Shown in pieces: positions 22,776 to 34,721 of a DNA stretch of 64,000 nt. Position 1 is the first letter of the stretch. Each line of letters starts with the position of its first letter. Made by a program: the position numbers and the translations under genes. This DNA comes from Somniosus microcephalus (Eukaryota): NCBI GenBank assembly GCA_052327205.1, contig CM126222.1, forward strand, positions 53,506,001 to 53,570,000, read 5' to 3'. A model generated the notes under the pieces. It ran no database searches. It saw only the letters and a list, made by a program, of their open reading frames with translations, and was not told where the DNA came from.

Positions 22776-23379
22776 TGAGTATCAGCCGTTGCATATAACG
22801 GGCGGCCGAACCTACACTGCCCACTTTGCACCACCACCCGAGACAAATTTCATGGCCGCATTGTGCGCACTCAATGTTGGACAAAACAACAACCAACAGA
22901 ATGAGTTAACTTGAGGCAACAAGCTAATTTTCACTTTATATGAGACAGCCGCCTTCGTAAACCCAAAGGTCGGATTTATGAGCTTAAGCACCAAATAATA
23001 TGACAGATGGGATGAGAGAATAATGATATCATTAATTGCAAGCAAAGCTAAACAAGATAACTGAAGCAATGCAATGGTGAATGAGATGACTGAGCAAGGA
23101 ATTACAAATGATAGATAACTGAACACATTCAGTAGCACGCAATGGGACTGATGAGATAATAGGATAGATTTTCTAGTCCTGGTAAAATTTGGTACAGAAT
23201 GGCTAGGTGCTAGTGCACAGCTTGCGAAAAGTGCAGCGAACTGATTGCACAGAAATTGTAGTCAGTTTATTTGCATAATTAATCAAAGCACTTTGTGGAG
23301 CTGTGGCCTCATGCAGAGAGATAATAGAATCGAAAACTTCCACTTTAGATCAAATTGAAAACAATGCAACCACATAAAG

Positions 23380-23843
23380 AAAAAGAAAAGACTTACATTT
23401 ATACAGTGCCTTTCAAGACCCGAGGACATCCCAAAGCGCTTTACAGCCAATGAAGTACTTTTGAAGAATCACTGTTGTAATGTAGAAAACGCGGCAGCCA
23501 AATGTGCACAGCAAGCTCCCACAGACAGCAATGTGATAATGACCAGATAATCTGTTTTGGTGATGTTGATTAAGGAATAAATATTGGCCAGGACTCCGGG
23601 GATAACTCCCCTGCTCTTCTTCAAAATAGTGCCATGGGATCTTTTCCGTCCACCTGAGAGAGCAGACGGGGCCTCGGCTTAATATCTCATCCGAAAGATG
23701 GCACCTCCAACAGTGCAGCACTCCCTCAGCACTGCATTGGAGTGTCAGGCTAGCTTTATGGGTTCAAGCCCCCAGAGTGGGACTTGAACCCACAACCTTC
23801 TGACTCAGAGGCAAGTGTGCTACCAACTGAGCCACAGGTGACA
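23380..23843 (-). mobile_element. tRNA-derived DeuSINE (SacSINE1/AmnSINE-like), full length
   Basis: A box TGGCTCAGTTGG, B box GGTTCAAGTCC, Deu-like core AAAAGATCCCATGGCACTATTT..GAAGAGCAGGGGAGTT..CCTGGCCAATATTT, and tail AAAGCGCTTTGGGATGTCC..TATAAATG. Confidence 0.85.
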
Positions 23844-24099
23844 CATAAGGGCAAGAAGTTGTGTGTGGGAGGTAAACATTCTTGGAGTTCATTAAGGGCA
23901 TTTCAACCCATTGGCAGCCTTTCCCAAGGTTGAAGGGAGAGAGGGGAATAAATGCCAGCAAAATAGAAGAAAAGGGAAACCCAATGTGGAGGCAATGTGA
24001 GTGCACCCAACCCCCATCTTGTTGCTGGTGAAGTGGATGCAAGGATACATGAGGTGGGTGCAAGGATACATGAGGTGGGTGCAAGGAGGGTTGGCATAT

Positions 24100-24290
24100 T
24101 TGGGAGCCCTGTTTGGCACACCTGGTAGCCTCCCCAGAGGTCCTAAAATGAGCAAGAGGCATCAGTTGAAGTGACCTTCACAGCCACTGCCAGCGCCATG
24201 CCTAGGGTGCAACTGCCCTGCAGGTCACAGTAGAGCATGTGCACAACTCTGCCAGCTCAATTAGAGTCCATGCACAGAGCACATTGGGCT
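24100..24290 (-). pseudogene. Fossil Harbinger transposase fragment
   Basis: The - strand reads ELAELC...DLQ...MALAVAVKVT with frameshifts, matching TEICHLLGSDLQ..SLSVAVKVTVTLN of the intact transposase at 26765. Confidence 0.5.
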
Positions 24291-24954
24291 AAACTAGGTA
24301 AGTGTACTTCTGCTTGTGTCTGCAGGTGGGAAGCTAACAACAGATGGATACAGTACTCCTGTGCTGCAACCTCCACTGCCTGGTAACACTGCGTTGCTCC
24401 TCTTCTCACTCCAGAAAGCACAAGTAAAGATGGATTCCCACGGGGAATGCCATGTTATCACTATGGCGCATGTAACAAAAAATGTCAGTAATTGACACAG
24501 GGAGTCCTGACCGTCTAAGTGCAAACAGGAAACAAACAAAACTAAAGATAAAAAGGCTGAGAAATACCGTTAAAATCTTCTTATTGGACTTTTAATATCC
24601 ACTTCCATCAGGAGCACAGCCCCTTACAACCCTGGATGTCCATTTATATGGGCAGGTAAGTGGGGTAAATACTGGGAAATTATACGCACCACGAATCAAT
24701 GCCATTTTGGTTTCATTTGCACAGATCCGCCAGCAAACTGCTTCTGGCACCATTGACAAACTGAAGTATTGGAAGGGACGCTAAAAAAAGCAGAAATCCA
24801 GCAAAATGGATCTCCACCTCATTTCCAAATTTGCACCTACTTTATGCCTGCTTATCAGTGCTAATCACTGATTAGGAAATGTACCCTAATCAAATGGTTG
24901 ATGAAAAATAATAATTGATGGGATTCCAAGGAAATGATGAGATATGATGAGTAA

Positions 24955-25185
24955 TGATATTTTCACACACAGGGTAGTGGAAATCTGGAACTCTCCCCCA
25001 AATGCTGGTCAATTAGAGCTTTCAAGGCTGAGATCGATACATTTTTGTTCAGTAAAGACATCGTGGAATATAGAGTAAATGTGGATAAATGGAGTTAAGT
25101 TAAAGTTACTGAGCAGACATGATCTAATTGAATGGTGGAACAGGCTTGAGGGGCTGAAAGGTCTACATCTGGTCCTATATTACTC
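24955..25185 (+). mobile_element. Degraded CR1 3' end
   Basis: TTTTCACACACAGGGTAGTGGAAATCTGGAACTCTC...AATGGTGGAACAGGCTTGAGGGGCTGAA. Confidence 0.75.
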
Positions 25186-25404
25186 TGACATGGCTGAGAA
25201 GGAGAATAAAGTTTGAGAAATTTAACAAAAAGTGATGAAACACAACTCAGCTGCAGATAAGGCTTGATGTGGGGAGGACGTGTAAGGGGAGTAAATAACT
25301 TACAAGAAAGAAAGGGATTACACCTTCACAAAAACATACTTCACAAGACACTAGTAAACTAATATAAAAACATACAGTACACATCATTAACCCAATATAG
25401 ATGA

Positions 25405-25605
25405 ATAAAAAAATCAACATCACTAAAACAGATCATCTAGTCATTATCACATTGCTGTTTGAGAGAGCTTGCTGTGCGCAAATTGGCTGCCACATTTCTT
25501 ATATTGCAACAGTGACTACACTTCAAAAGTACTTCATTGGCTGTAAAGTGCTTTGGGACGTCCAGTGGTCATGAAAGGCGCTATATAAATGCAAGTCTTT
25601 CTTTT
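25405..25605 (+). repeat. DeuSINE 3' half (further partial copies at ~17110-17215 and ~48225-48385)
   Basis: TCATTATCACATTGCTGTTT..GCTTGCTGTGCGCAAATTGGCTG..AAAGTACTTCATTGGCTGTAAAG..CTATATAAATGCAAGTCTTTC. Confidence 0.8.
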
Positions 25606-26764
25606 TAGAATTTGAATATATTAACCAAATTTGGCCTAGTTCAGATATTTGAGATTGGATGTGCGTGACCCTATGTCTCTCTGTATTTGTATGACCTTAG
25701 ATATATTCTGACATTTCCACATACATCGACCCTAAGTATATGCAAGTGCCCGAAGTTCTGATAAAAACATGACTCTTTTGGTTAAGTCCTTGAATGCCCG
25801 CTGACCCATTCTAATATGTATATGCGAGTGCTGTTTGACCTTTTGTGTAGCATGATTCACCCAGATTTGTACACCTTGCCGATTACATCAAATCCAAAAT
25901 GAATGGTATCACATATGAAACAATACAAACAATATCCTTAAGCATCCATCGGACAACCGTTTACATATTCTGGCAGGAGCTCCTGTGCAGCACATATGTT
26001 GCTGCGGAGCAATTAATGTCGGCCCTGTAGGTGGTGATGAAAAGAAAGTTGGCAAAATTTAAGACAAAATTCCTGAAAGTCTAGTGACCCGATACAGTAG
26101 TTGGTAAATATTATTCTAATCCCTGTGTCTTGTAACAATGAAAGTATATGCTCCCATGGTGGTGATGCACCTGGAAATTTAATCTGAGAGGATTATGCAA
26201 ACCCATATTGGCGAAATGTTAGGCTATTTCCCCATTAGGCTTGTGTAGAAGATTATGGCCTAGAAATTCAGTTGCTTGCGCCAGCCGGTAGCGCCTTAGG
26301 AGGAGGAGATGTTGGGCGCTAGGCGGCTAGCGGCTGGGCGCAGCGCGATCTGCGCCTCTCCCCAACTTCACTCAAGATTTAGCGGCGGCGCAAAGTCCTT
26401 GCGCGCGCTCAGCTGCGCGCGCAGATCCTGACGTCATTTCCTCGTGCAACGCCCTTTGTGCGCCCCAAACCGGAAATTCAGTGGCGACGCCCTATTGTGC
26501 GCCTGGCGCCCCTAGCGACTGGTAGAGGGGAACGGTTCTCAGTCGATGCGGGGCGCGGGGGGCGCAAATTAAAGGGCACACCTCCTGCAGTAGAAAAGGC
26601 TGCCATTTCGCAGCACTCCTTTTTGAGAGACGGATCTTTGCAGAGAGACAAAGGTAGAGAGCTTTCTGCTTTGGCTCAACACTCGGACAGGTACTTGTGG
26701 CTTCAGGCCACAGCTTTCCACTTGTCTTTGCCTTCAGTGTCATATCATTGTTTGCAAACATATA

Positions 26765-27919
26765 ATGGGGGCTGCAATGGGTGCAAACGCTGGCCTTCTC
26801 CATTGCATTCAAAGGGCTCACAGACGCCGTGAGAGAGTGGCAGTCATGGCCAGATGGAGAGGGGGCAACAGGCGTCGGGAAAGGAGGCCTTACCCACCCA
26901 GGGTATACCACCAGCAGTTCTCCTATCTGAACATGTCTGATGAGCAGTGTGTTCGGAGGCTGCGATTCCGAAGGGCGGTGGTCACTGAGATCTGCCACCT
27001 GCTTGGCAGTGATCTGCAGCCACATCTGAGGAGCAGGACGTCTCTGTCGGTGGCAGTGAAGGTGACGGTGACTCTCAACTTCTATGCCACCGGCTCCTTC
27101 CAATCCGCTACTGGGGACATTTCCAACATCTCCCAGTTCGCCGTGCATTGCTGCATCCGCCAGGTGACCAATGCCCTTTTCAGAAGGAGACGTCAGTTCA
27201 TCTCCTTCTTCATGGCCCTTGTCAAGCAGCAACAGCGTGCAATGGGCTTTGCGGCATTCGTGGGCTTCCCCATGGTGCAGGGCGCCATTGACTGCATGAA
27301 TGTGGCTTTGCGGGCACCTCTGGAGAATGCCGAGGATTACCGCAACCGGAAGGGCTACCATTCGCTCAACGTTCAGCTGGTGTGTGACCACAGGCAGCTC
27401 ATCCTAGCTGTCAATGCCTGCTTTCCAGGCAGCAGCCACAATGCCTTCATCCTGCGCCAGACTTCTGTGGCAGACATGTTCCAGGCCCAGCCTCACCCAC
27501 GAGGATGGCTTCTCGGGGACAAAGGCTATCCTTTGTGTACCTGGCTGATGACCCCGCTCCGTGCGCCCAGCACCCCTGCTGAAGAGGGATACAATGACAG
27601 CCATCAAGCAACCAGGAACATCATTGAGCAAACAATCGGCGTCCTGAAGCAACGGTTCCGCTGTCTGGATCGTTCCGGTGGAGCCCTACAATATTCGCCG
27701 GAGCGAGTCTCCCATTTCGTGGTCGTGTGCTGCATGCTGCACAACCTGGCTATCCGCAGGACTCAGCCACTGCCACCAGAGATTGGAGGACCACCTGAGG
27801 AGGAGGAGGAGGAGGAGGAGAAGGAGGAGGAGGAGGAGGAGGACCAGCACAGGAGGGAGGCAGAAAGTGCAAGGGCCGCCCGTCGGCAGGGAATGGCTTG
27901 TGCCAATGTCACCAGATGA
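26765..27919 (+). CDS. Harbinger DDE transposase (HARBI1-like, DDE_Tnp_4)
   Basis: LNFYATGSFQ, GFPMVQGAIDC, YRNRKGYHSLNVQLVCD, PGSSH, LLGDKGYP..WLMTP, RNIIEQTIGVLKQRFRCLD, CCMLHN and an acidic tail. Confidence 0.95.
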   Translation: MGAAMGANAGLLHCIQRAHRRRERVAVMARWRGGNRRRERRPYPPRVYHQQFSYLNMSDEQCVRRLRFRRAVVTEICHLLGSDLQPHLRSRTSLSVAVKVTVTLNFYATGSFQSATGDISNISQFAVHCCIRQVTNALFRRRRQFISFFMALVKQQQRAMGFAAFVGFPMVQGAIDCMNVALRAPLENAEDYRNRKGYHSLNVQLVCDHRQLILAVNACFPGSSHNAFILRQTSVADMFQAQPHPRGWLLGDKGYPLCTWLMTPLRAPSTPAEEGYNDSHQATRNIIEQTIGVLKQRFRCLDRSGGALQYSPERVSHFVVVCCMLHNLAIRRTQPLPPEIGGPPEEEEEEEEKEEEEEEDQHRREAESARAARRQGMACANVTR

Positions 27920-28217
27920 ATGTAGCCGCTCCACAAGCCCTCAGCCAAGCAGGGCAACCAGGACTTGCAAAATAAAGCATGGGCAGTGCGATTTAAGAAC
28001 ATTTATTACTTGGAAACCTCTGCCCTTCCCACATTACAAACTAATGGAGAGAAGCCCCCTCCAAAAACACAAAACGAACAGTCTCGGCCTTACAAAACAA
28101 AGAAATACACCAGTCTCGGCCTTACCAAAATAAGAAAGACACCAGTCTCGGCCTTACAAAAACACAACTACACCAGTCTCGGCCTTCCAACAAACACAAA
28201 GCATTTGGCCGGACCTT

Positions 28218-30185
28218 CTACCTTTTGCCCTGCGAGGGTGATGCCTTTCGCATCCATGACTGGCCCCTGCCTGCCCTGCAGCTCCTCCTCAATGGGACCC
28301 CAGTGGCTGCAGCAAGGCTGGGGGAAGGCTGCTGAGGGTCAGTTGGCGAGACGACAGATGCCCTTGGGGGTCGGCCTGCACCAGCTCTGGCCCTGGAGGG
28401 GCCGGCTGCTGACTGCTCCAACTCTGCTTGGGCGGCAGCAGTCTGTCCAGCGGCTGGTGGCAGCTGCAATGGCGGAGTGGCAGTGTCGGCTGCAGGAATG
28501 GTGCCAACCTGACAGATCGCAGGTACTCCCTGGTCGCCTGAGACATTGGCACTCGCACGGGCCAGCACTGCAGCATGCGCAGCAAACAGCTGAAGAACAG
28601 ACTGCTGGGCTGCTGCTGCGCGGCGAGTGCCCTGGCGATGCCTGGCCGATCCAGCGAGGGTGGCAGCAGTTAGTGCCCGTGTGGCCCTGGTCTGTGTCCG
28701 CATGACACCAGCCAGTGAATGAACGGCACGACTGAGCACTTGGCTAGAAGCCGCCTGTGCTGCCGCGAAGTCCTGCAGACTCCTGGCCTGTGCTGCACTG
28801 AATTGTTCCAGACTCCTGGCCTGTGCTGCAGTGAATTGTTGCAGACTCCTGGCCTGTGCTGCTCCGAATTCCTGCACACTCCTTGACAGAGACTCAATGG
28901 AGTCAGGCATCCTTGCCACTGCAGCCATGAGCTCAGTGTGCCTGCGCTCAGCCTGGACGGCCATTTCCTCCAGGAGCCGCACCTCCTCTGCGCTCACCGT
29001 CGCAGGACTGGAGGCCGCACTCACCCTCTGGGGAGAAGTCCTCCGAGCTTCCCCACCCCTCCCGCGTTGCTGCAGGCCGCTGGGCCCCGGAGCTTCACTC
29101 TCCTCCGACCCTACCCCCCGGATCCCCGCAAGGGAAGACGTGTCCCCTTCATCGCCATGGGCTGGCGCGGCTGAGGGTAGCACTGATGGGCCGGCTTCCT
29201 CTTCCTCCTCCTCGAATTCCGAATCGCTGACAGTGGCAGCTTGAGGGCCCGCCTCCTCACCTGGCGATTCACCATCTGAAAGCAGGGAGGCACAAGAGTT
29301 GCTTTAGAGTGAGGACAGGGCGGCAGCAAGGGAGGCATGATTGCTGCCATGCACTGCATTGGTCGGACAGTGGCAAAGGATGCTGATCTGAGGCGCAAGT
29401 GGAAAGAGAGAGGTCAAAAAGGTGATGCCCTTACCATTGGTGCCCAGGACAGGGTCGGCATCTCCACTGGCGACGGGGCCAATCAGCCGGCCTGCCATAA
29501 TGCGCTCCACACGCTGGTCGAGGTCGGAGAGCTCTTTGACGTCAGGCCGGCCTCCCCCGGTCTCACGTTGCTTCCTACGGTTGTGCGCCACCTTGGCCTG
29601 CAAGAGAAAGGACGGCCTCTAAGTACAGTGTGAAGCCCTGATCTTGTCTGCACTGCCTCCCATGGTGGACTAGCCCTGACAGTGTGAAGCCCTGATCTTG
29701 GCTGCACTGCCTCCCATGGTGGACTGGCCCTGACAGTGTGAAGCCCTGATCTTGGCTGCACTGCCTCCCATGGTGGAATAGCTTGTACAGTGTGTAAAGT
29801 GCTGAATGTGCAAGTGATTTTCATGACAGTCCCATAGCTGCTGGATGAGGGCTGGCCATTAGGGCTTTCAGGTCCCTTTGCCCATAAACTGAGGTGCACA
29901 TGCAGGGATGAGGAGGACACTGGAAAGGGTACTCACCCTGACAACCCGAGTGAGGTCGTTGAACTTTTTCCGGCATTGCACAGGAGTCCTGGCAACCACG
30001 CTGTTGGAAGTCACCCTGTTTGAGACCTCCCTCCAGGCTTTCCGGTAGGCGCTGGGCAGCGGCCTCCTGCCACCTTCAGGGAACAGAACATGGCGCCTGT
30101 GCTCCACTCCGCCAACCAGCACCCTCAGGTCGCCCTCGCTGAAGCGCTGCGCTCTCTCCCTGGCCTTCTCCATAGCCCTGGGCAT
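28218..30185 (-). CDS. Harbinger Myb/SANT-like DNA-binding protein, 3 exons (30185-29937, 29597-29435, 29275-28218), about 489 aa
   Basis: Exon 1 reads RAQRFSEGDL..AWREVS..RTPVQCRKKFNDL, then donor GTGAGT. Acceptor TTGCAG, exon 2 AKVAHNRRKQRETGGG, donor GTAAGG (phase 1). Acceptor TTTCAG joins in frame with ORF 28218..29183. Confidence 0.88.
29625..29797. repeat. 54-bp minisatellite (3 copies plus a partial) in intron 1 of the Myb gene
   Basis: ACAGTGTGAAGCCCTGATCTTG..CCCATGGTGGA starts at 29625, 29679 and 29733. Confidence 0.9.
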
Positions 30186-30835
30186 TGCACAGATGAAGCA
30201 GAAGTGGTCAGGCCTAGCTTGAGGGCTGCAGTGTGCAGGGCGTGGCAGGCAAACAAATCCACCCTCCCCCTTTAAGAGCTGACCGGCGCCAGAGTGTCTG
30301 CCGTCAATCAGCAACTCGCCGCACCTGCGCTGCGCCCGCCCTCGGGGGTATCGCCCCGGACCGCCGGCTTAGCGCCTAATGATATCGTGCATCGCCTGTT
30401 TTAGTGCAGCAGCAACCTCTTGGGGCGATGCGACTGAATATCGGCAAAGGTGGCGCGAACTTGCGCCGGGCGCAAACTTTAGCGGCCGCCCGACTTTAGC
30501 GCCCCGAACGTGGCTATACTGAATTTCTAGGCCTATAGGTTCTTATGATAGGGGTGTATCCATTCCCTTGCAGTTTATTGGTAGACTGTCCAGCAGATAC
30601 TGGGGCAATGATGTGCTCAAAGTCTTCCCAGTCAGTGGTTGAAGTACATCTTTGAATCCTAGCAGTTTCATGAGAGAATGGGAAGAATACTTCCAGCTTG
30701 CATTGTGTAGTGGCAAGTTTGCATTCAATCCCCGAGAGTCTACTGAAGGGGTCAGATCTGCACTCTCGGGAAATCTAATGGGTTGCATGAATTGCTATTG
30801 TGGAATAGTGGAGAGGGATAAATCCATGTGGGGAG

Positions 30836-31062
30836 TGTCATGAATCTTACCATTCATGTAGAAATGACTCATGTGATAACACTGGGCGGCCAGCTGGTGG
30901 CGCCGTCCAAGGAAAGTATAAATACTCGGGCGTGGGCCCAGCTTGCTCAGGACGTTTTTGTAACCAGGAACTAGTGATGTAACTAGAGCTCATGGTTGTG
31001 AAACAGTTGATTAAAGCCTTGTTTTATACTCAAACCAAGTGCTTAGTAGTTTTCTTACATCA
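30836..31062 (+). mobile_element. Solo LTR, family S1 copy 2
   Basis: TG...CA ends, TSD GGGAG, GTATAAATA, ATTAAA. Confidence 0.88.
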
Positions 31063-32439
31063 GGGAGCATGTATTTGCTGCCTGACAGTCTAGTGGAGGA
31101 AGCATATTTCAATTTTCCCCAGCATGTCAATAAAGGGATGTGATCCATGTTTCTTGGCAATCTGGTTGGGAACTTGAACACAACATTTAAAGTTAGGAGT
31201 TACGATGGCGATATTGCAAAAGAAGCACTGCAGGCACTTGCAGATTACTTGTTGAATTTTTGTTCGCCTGTATTATTTATAATATGGGCCATTTACAAAA
31301 TTGACAGCAAAAGGATAGATAGGCCCGTTATAAAATGGAAGTATTTTAAGCAAAAGAGGATATGATAAATATCACCACAAACAGGGCTGACAAGATAGAT
31401 GTTTCAGAGAGCTGGCCTCTTTCTGTGCTATGAAATTCTGAGAACCTGTAACCCATGACCAATAAGTGGGTTATTAATCATTTTATACCAGTAGTCATGA
31501 TATTTTCTGATAGTAACACCTGTAATGGGTTTTCAACTGAAAAATGTAACCTAAGAAAAAGAAATGAATCTGCTATACGGTGTCACATTTTCCTTTGTTA
31601 TTGTGTCATCGCATCAGTGAGAGTACGATTGGTGCCCTCACTATATTTATCTATATTAAATGTCTTAAAGTTAGGAATTTTAACAGTTTTAAACCACGGC
31701 ATGGTTAGATACAAAAGCAGATGAATATATCAAGGACTCTTCTTCTGCATAAACACTAATATATGCTCCACTTTCCATTCGGTATTGCATCTCAGTCCTC
31801 TTCCTGACATCTCGATTTGTCTCCGTCTGTCATACTCTGTAAGACTGTCAGCATCATCGATCATTTATTGATTGGTTTAAATAGGAGCAGTGTCAGTTTT
31901 GAGAGAGATATGCAGCAGAAGATGTAGCAATGGCAAATGCATAGCCAGGCCCTGCATATCATTAACATAATATTGTCAACTTAGAGTCATTCACTTCTTC
32001 TTTATCCAGGCCGAAAATAAAACTTTGTTCTTTCAAAGCTTCAATTGGCAACATTTATTCTTAAAGGGGAACTCAACCTTGACAAGCTTGTTCAAAATAC
32101 AAGACGATGCATTTTCTATGAATTCTAAAAGTTCCCCAAAGATGCTGTAAGATGAGTTCTGACAGTCAGAGTAGTCGTTCAATGTTAAAACATGAGTGGC
32201 TGGAGCAATTGGAACTCAATATGTTGTACTATAGATAGAAGGACACAGGGCCATATCTGCAATCATCTTTCTACATTTTCTCAGATAAGAGATCCCACAC
32301 AAAAACCTCCTGGTTCCTGGAGATGGGAGGGAAAGTTCAGAGGGGATAAATTTCCGCCATTACAAGGCTCTCCCCAATTTCCTTCACGCTTTTTGGCTCT
32401 TCCCATGCGCCACCTGCTGAGTCCAGACTGATCTCATTT

Positions 32440-33760
32440 ACTTATGTCAAATGAGGGTCAATGTCACTGTGAATCATCCGATGCCACATCCTCTTCAACA
32501 CTATCTGAATGCCCTTGGGTGAAAGCATCTGAGCTGGTGCCTGGGAGTGAGGAAACAAGTGCTGCAGGGGTTAAATTGGAAGGGGTTGGGGCCAGAGGAG
32601 CTCAGGGCAGGCTGGTGCTGCAGGGTCCCTTGTCCTCGTCATCCTCTTCATCATCGTCATCATCAGCGCCAATCACTCAGGAAGAACTCTATTTCCTGCT
32701 GCTTCTCCTCCTCCTCCTCTGCCCCCGTGGTAGATGCGCAGGAAAGGAATATACAAACTAAGGATAGGAATGGATGAGCCCCATTTGATATTACGAAGTC
32801 AGCAAAAGTGGTGGAAGACTGTTGGAATAAGGTGAAGAGTGTGCTGGTGCCCGGGATGGGCAAGAAAGAAAAGGAAGAATCATAGAATCTTACCTCACAG
32901 AAGGAGGCCATTTGGCCAGTCACGCCTGTGCCGGCTCTTTGAAAGAGCTGTCTAATTTAGTCCCACACTGCAGATTTTCCGCCATAACCCTGCAAATGAG
33001 TCCTCTTCAAGTACATGTCCAATTGCCTTTTAAAAGTTCCTATGGCATCTGATTCCATCGCCCTTTTGGGCAGTGCGTTCCAGATTATAACAACCTTCTA
33101 TCTGAAGAAATTTCTCCTGATTTCCCCTCCAGTTCTTTTGACAATTATTTTAAATCTATGACCTTTGGTTACCGACCCACTTGCCAGAGGAAATAGTTTC
33201 TCCCTACTTGCTCTATCAAAACCCCCCATAATTTTGAATACCTCTATTAGGTCTCCCCTTAACCTTCGCTGCTCTATGGAGAACAATCCCAGCTTCTCCA
33301 GTCTCTCCACATAACTGAACTCCCTCATCCCAGATATCATCCTGGTAAACCTCCTCTGTACCCTCTCCAGGTCCTCGACATCCTTCCTGAAGAGTGGTGC
33401 CCAGAATTGTACACAATACTCCAGCTGAGGCCTAACCAGAGATTTGTAAAGGTTTAGCATGATACCTTAATTTTGTATTCAATTCCCCAAAGTTTCTACA
33501 GTGGGAAAGAATATCCAGTGTGTTATCTTGCTGATGCAGTCATTGAACTTTTTCTGGCACTGCTTTGTAGTTTTGAGGGTGAGAGAGTTGGCACAGTGCC
33601 ACTGCTACCTGCCTCCAGGTGACACATTCTGGCAGGCTTGCTACCATGCACACCCAGGAGTCCTGCCTTCAAACTCTTCGAGGAGGACTTGGATGTCTGA
33701 ATCAATAGTGTTCTGTGTTCATTTCCTGTTTGGCACCATGCCCTGTTGCCCACTAGGTGT
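32440..33760 (-). pseudogene. Fossil Harbinger Myb/SANT gene interrupted by a CR1
   Basis: The - strand at 33520-33740 gives DSDIQVLLEE..WRQVA..KTTKQCQKKFND with frameshifts. An acidic low-complexity exon-like segment lies at 32440-32780. Confidence 0.55.
32878..33480 (-). mobile_element. CR1 LINE 3' fragment
   Basis: ORF 33098..33460 LYKSLVRPQLEYCVQFW..RRLRGDLIEVFKI, with an AGAATCATAGAATC tail. Confidence 0.9.
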
Positions 33761-34721
33761 ACTATTTTTCCTCCCTTCAGGCAGTCACTTCATCACTTGG
33801 CAATGAGCTCTTGCAAAATCACGGAAGGTTTATTTGACATACATTAACTTCACAACAAATTTGCAAAATGCATGTACTGAAACTTTTGGTAATGTGTTAC
33901 GTTGGACCTTTAAGAGACTGTGAGGTATGCAATTTAGCCATTGGTACACAGATGTTTGACTGTACGGCTTCCAATTTCAAACCGCATTCTTACAGCACCA
34001 TTTAGAATGCATTTCTGTCTTGGGGATTAATGTTCACTGGCCAGCCAGTCAGACTGTATAAAATTTATACTCTGGTATCAAATAATTTCACATGGACATT
34101 TTAACCTTTACTTTAAGAGCTGCATTCTTTCATAAATTGAAATTTAATTAAATGTTCAAAAGTGCTCACTACAATCAGTTAATCCTGAAAACTGTTTAGA
34201 AGATTTTCTTGCCGAAGTATTAACATTTAAACCTGCTATATGTATTTTTTTTTCAAAACCAGTAATTTTAGAAGACCAAATCTCTCTGCAAAGTGGAATA
34301 AAACTGATGGCTTTTTCAGGGCTAACGCATTACATTAGGTACAACTGAATTCCGTATTTTAATTTTGATTCATTGTGAAATACAGCAGCCTGCCAGTTTC
34401 GGAATGCACATCGATTTAGAATGTAATAATGAGGGCAGAATGACTTGTTTCTTGTGGGGGAGGATTTGCCTAATTAGTTACATTTATCACAATTGTTTCA
34501 TTCGCAATGCTGATTTCAATCTGAAAGACAGCTTTACAAGATAATCTGAACAATTTATAAAGCGACTGGTTCATAAACTTGCTGAGGAAAAGTAGAATGT
34601 AATGAAAAAAGGGTGAGGAAAAAATAGGTAAACAGTGAGCAGACATTTTATATTATCATTATAACTTTGTTTTAAAAGAAACATTATATACAGGAGAGGG
34701 AATATTGGCCGTTCACCTCTG

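Larger units (their letters stand above)
21137..22857. mobile_element. Harbinger-type MITE (outer) hosting a MITE and a LINE
   Basis: TIR GGCCTAGAAATT / AATTTCATGGCC, related to the TIR of the autonomous Harbinger. TSD GCA. Subterminal inverted segments GGTGGTGGC..TCGGCCGCCCGTTATA. Confidence 0.85.
26257..30533. mobile_element. Complete PIF/Harbinger DNA transposon with convergent transposase and Myb/SANT genes
   Basis: Perfect 16-bp TIRs GGCCTAGAAATTCAGT / ACTGAATTTCTAGGCC, 3-bp TSD TAT, CpG-rich subterminal regions, two convergent genes. Confidence 0.97.

Noticed and set aside
23770-23843. tRNA gene (also 35064-35140 and 56179-56209)
   Set aside because: These are SINE heads or a PBS with no complete cloverleaf.
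26765-27919. Host HARBI1 gene
   Set aside because: It is flanked by perfect TIRs and a TSD and paired with a Myb gene, so it is a transposon rather than the domesticated gene.
28079-28190. CRISPR array
   Set aside because: Eukaryotic context, 13-17-nt core, short mutually similar A-rich spacers and no cas genes.
26492-28705. Long alternative-frame or antisense ORFs (26492..27391 -, 27965..28705 +, and similar ones over the Gypsy and CR1 elements)
   Set aside because: Shadow ORFs of GC-rich TE coding sequence with no recognisable domains.
30540-32200. Degenerate DIRS-like or host coding sequence (also 25650-26230)
   Set aside because: Only short ORFs, with no motif I can support.
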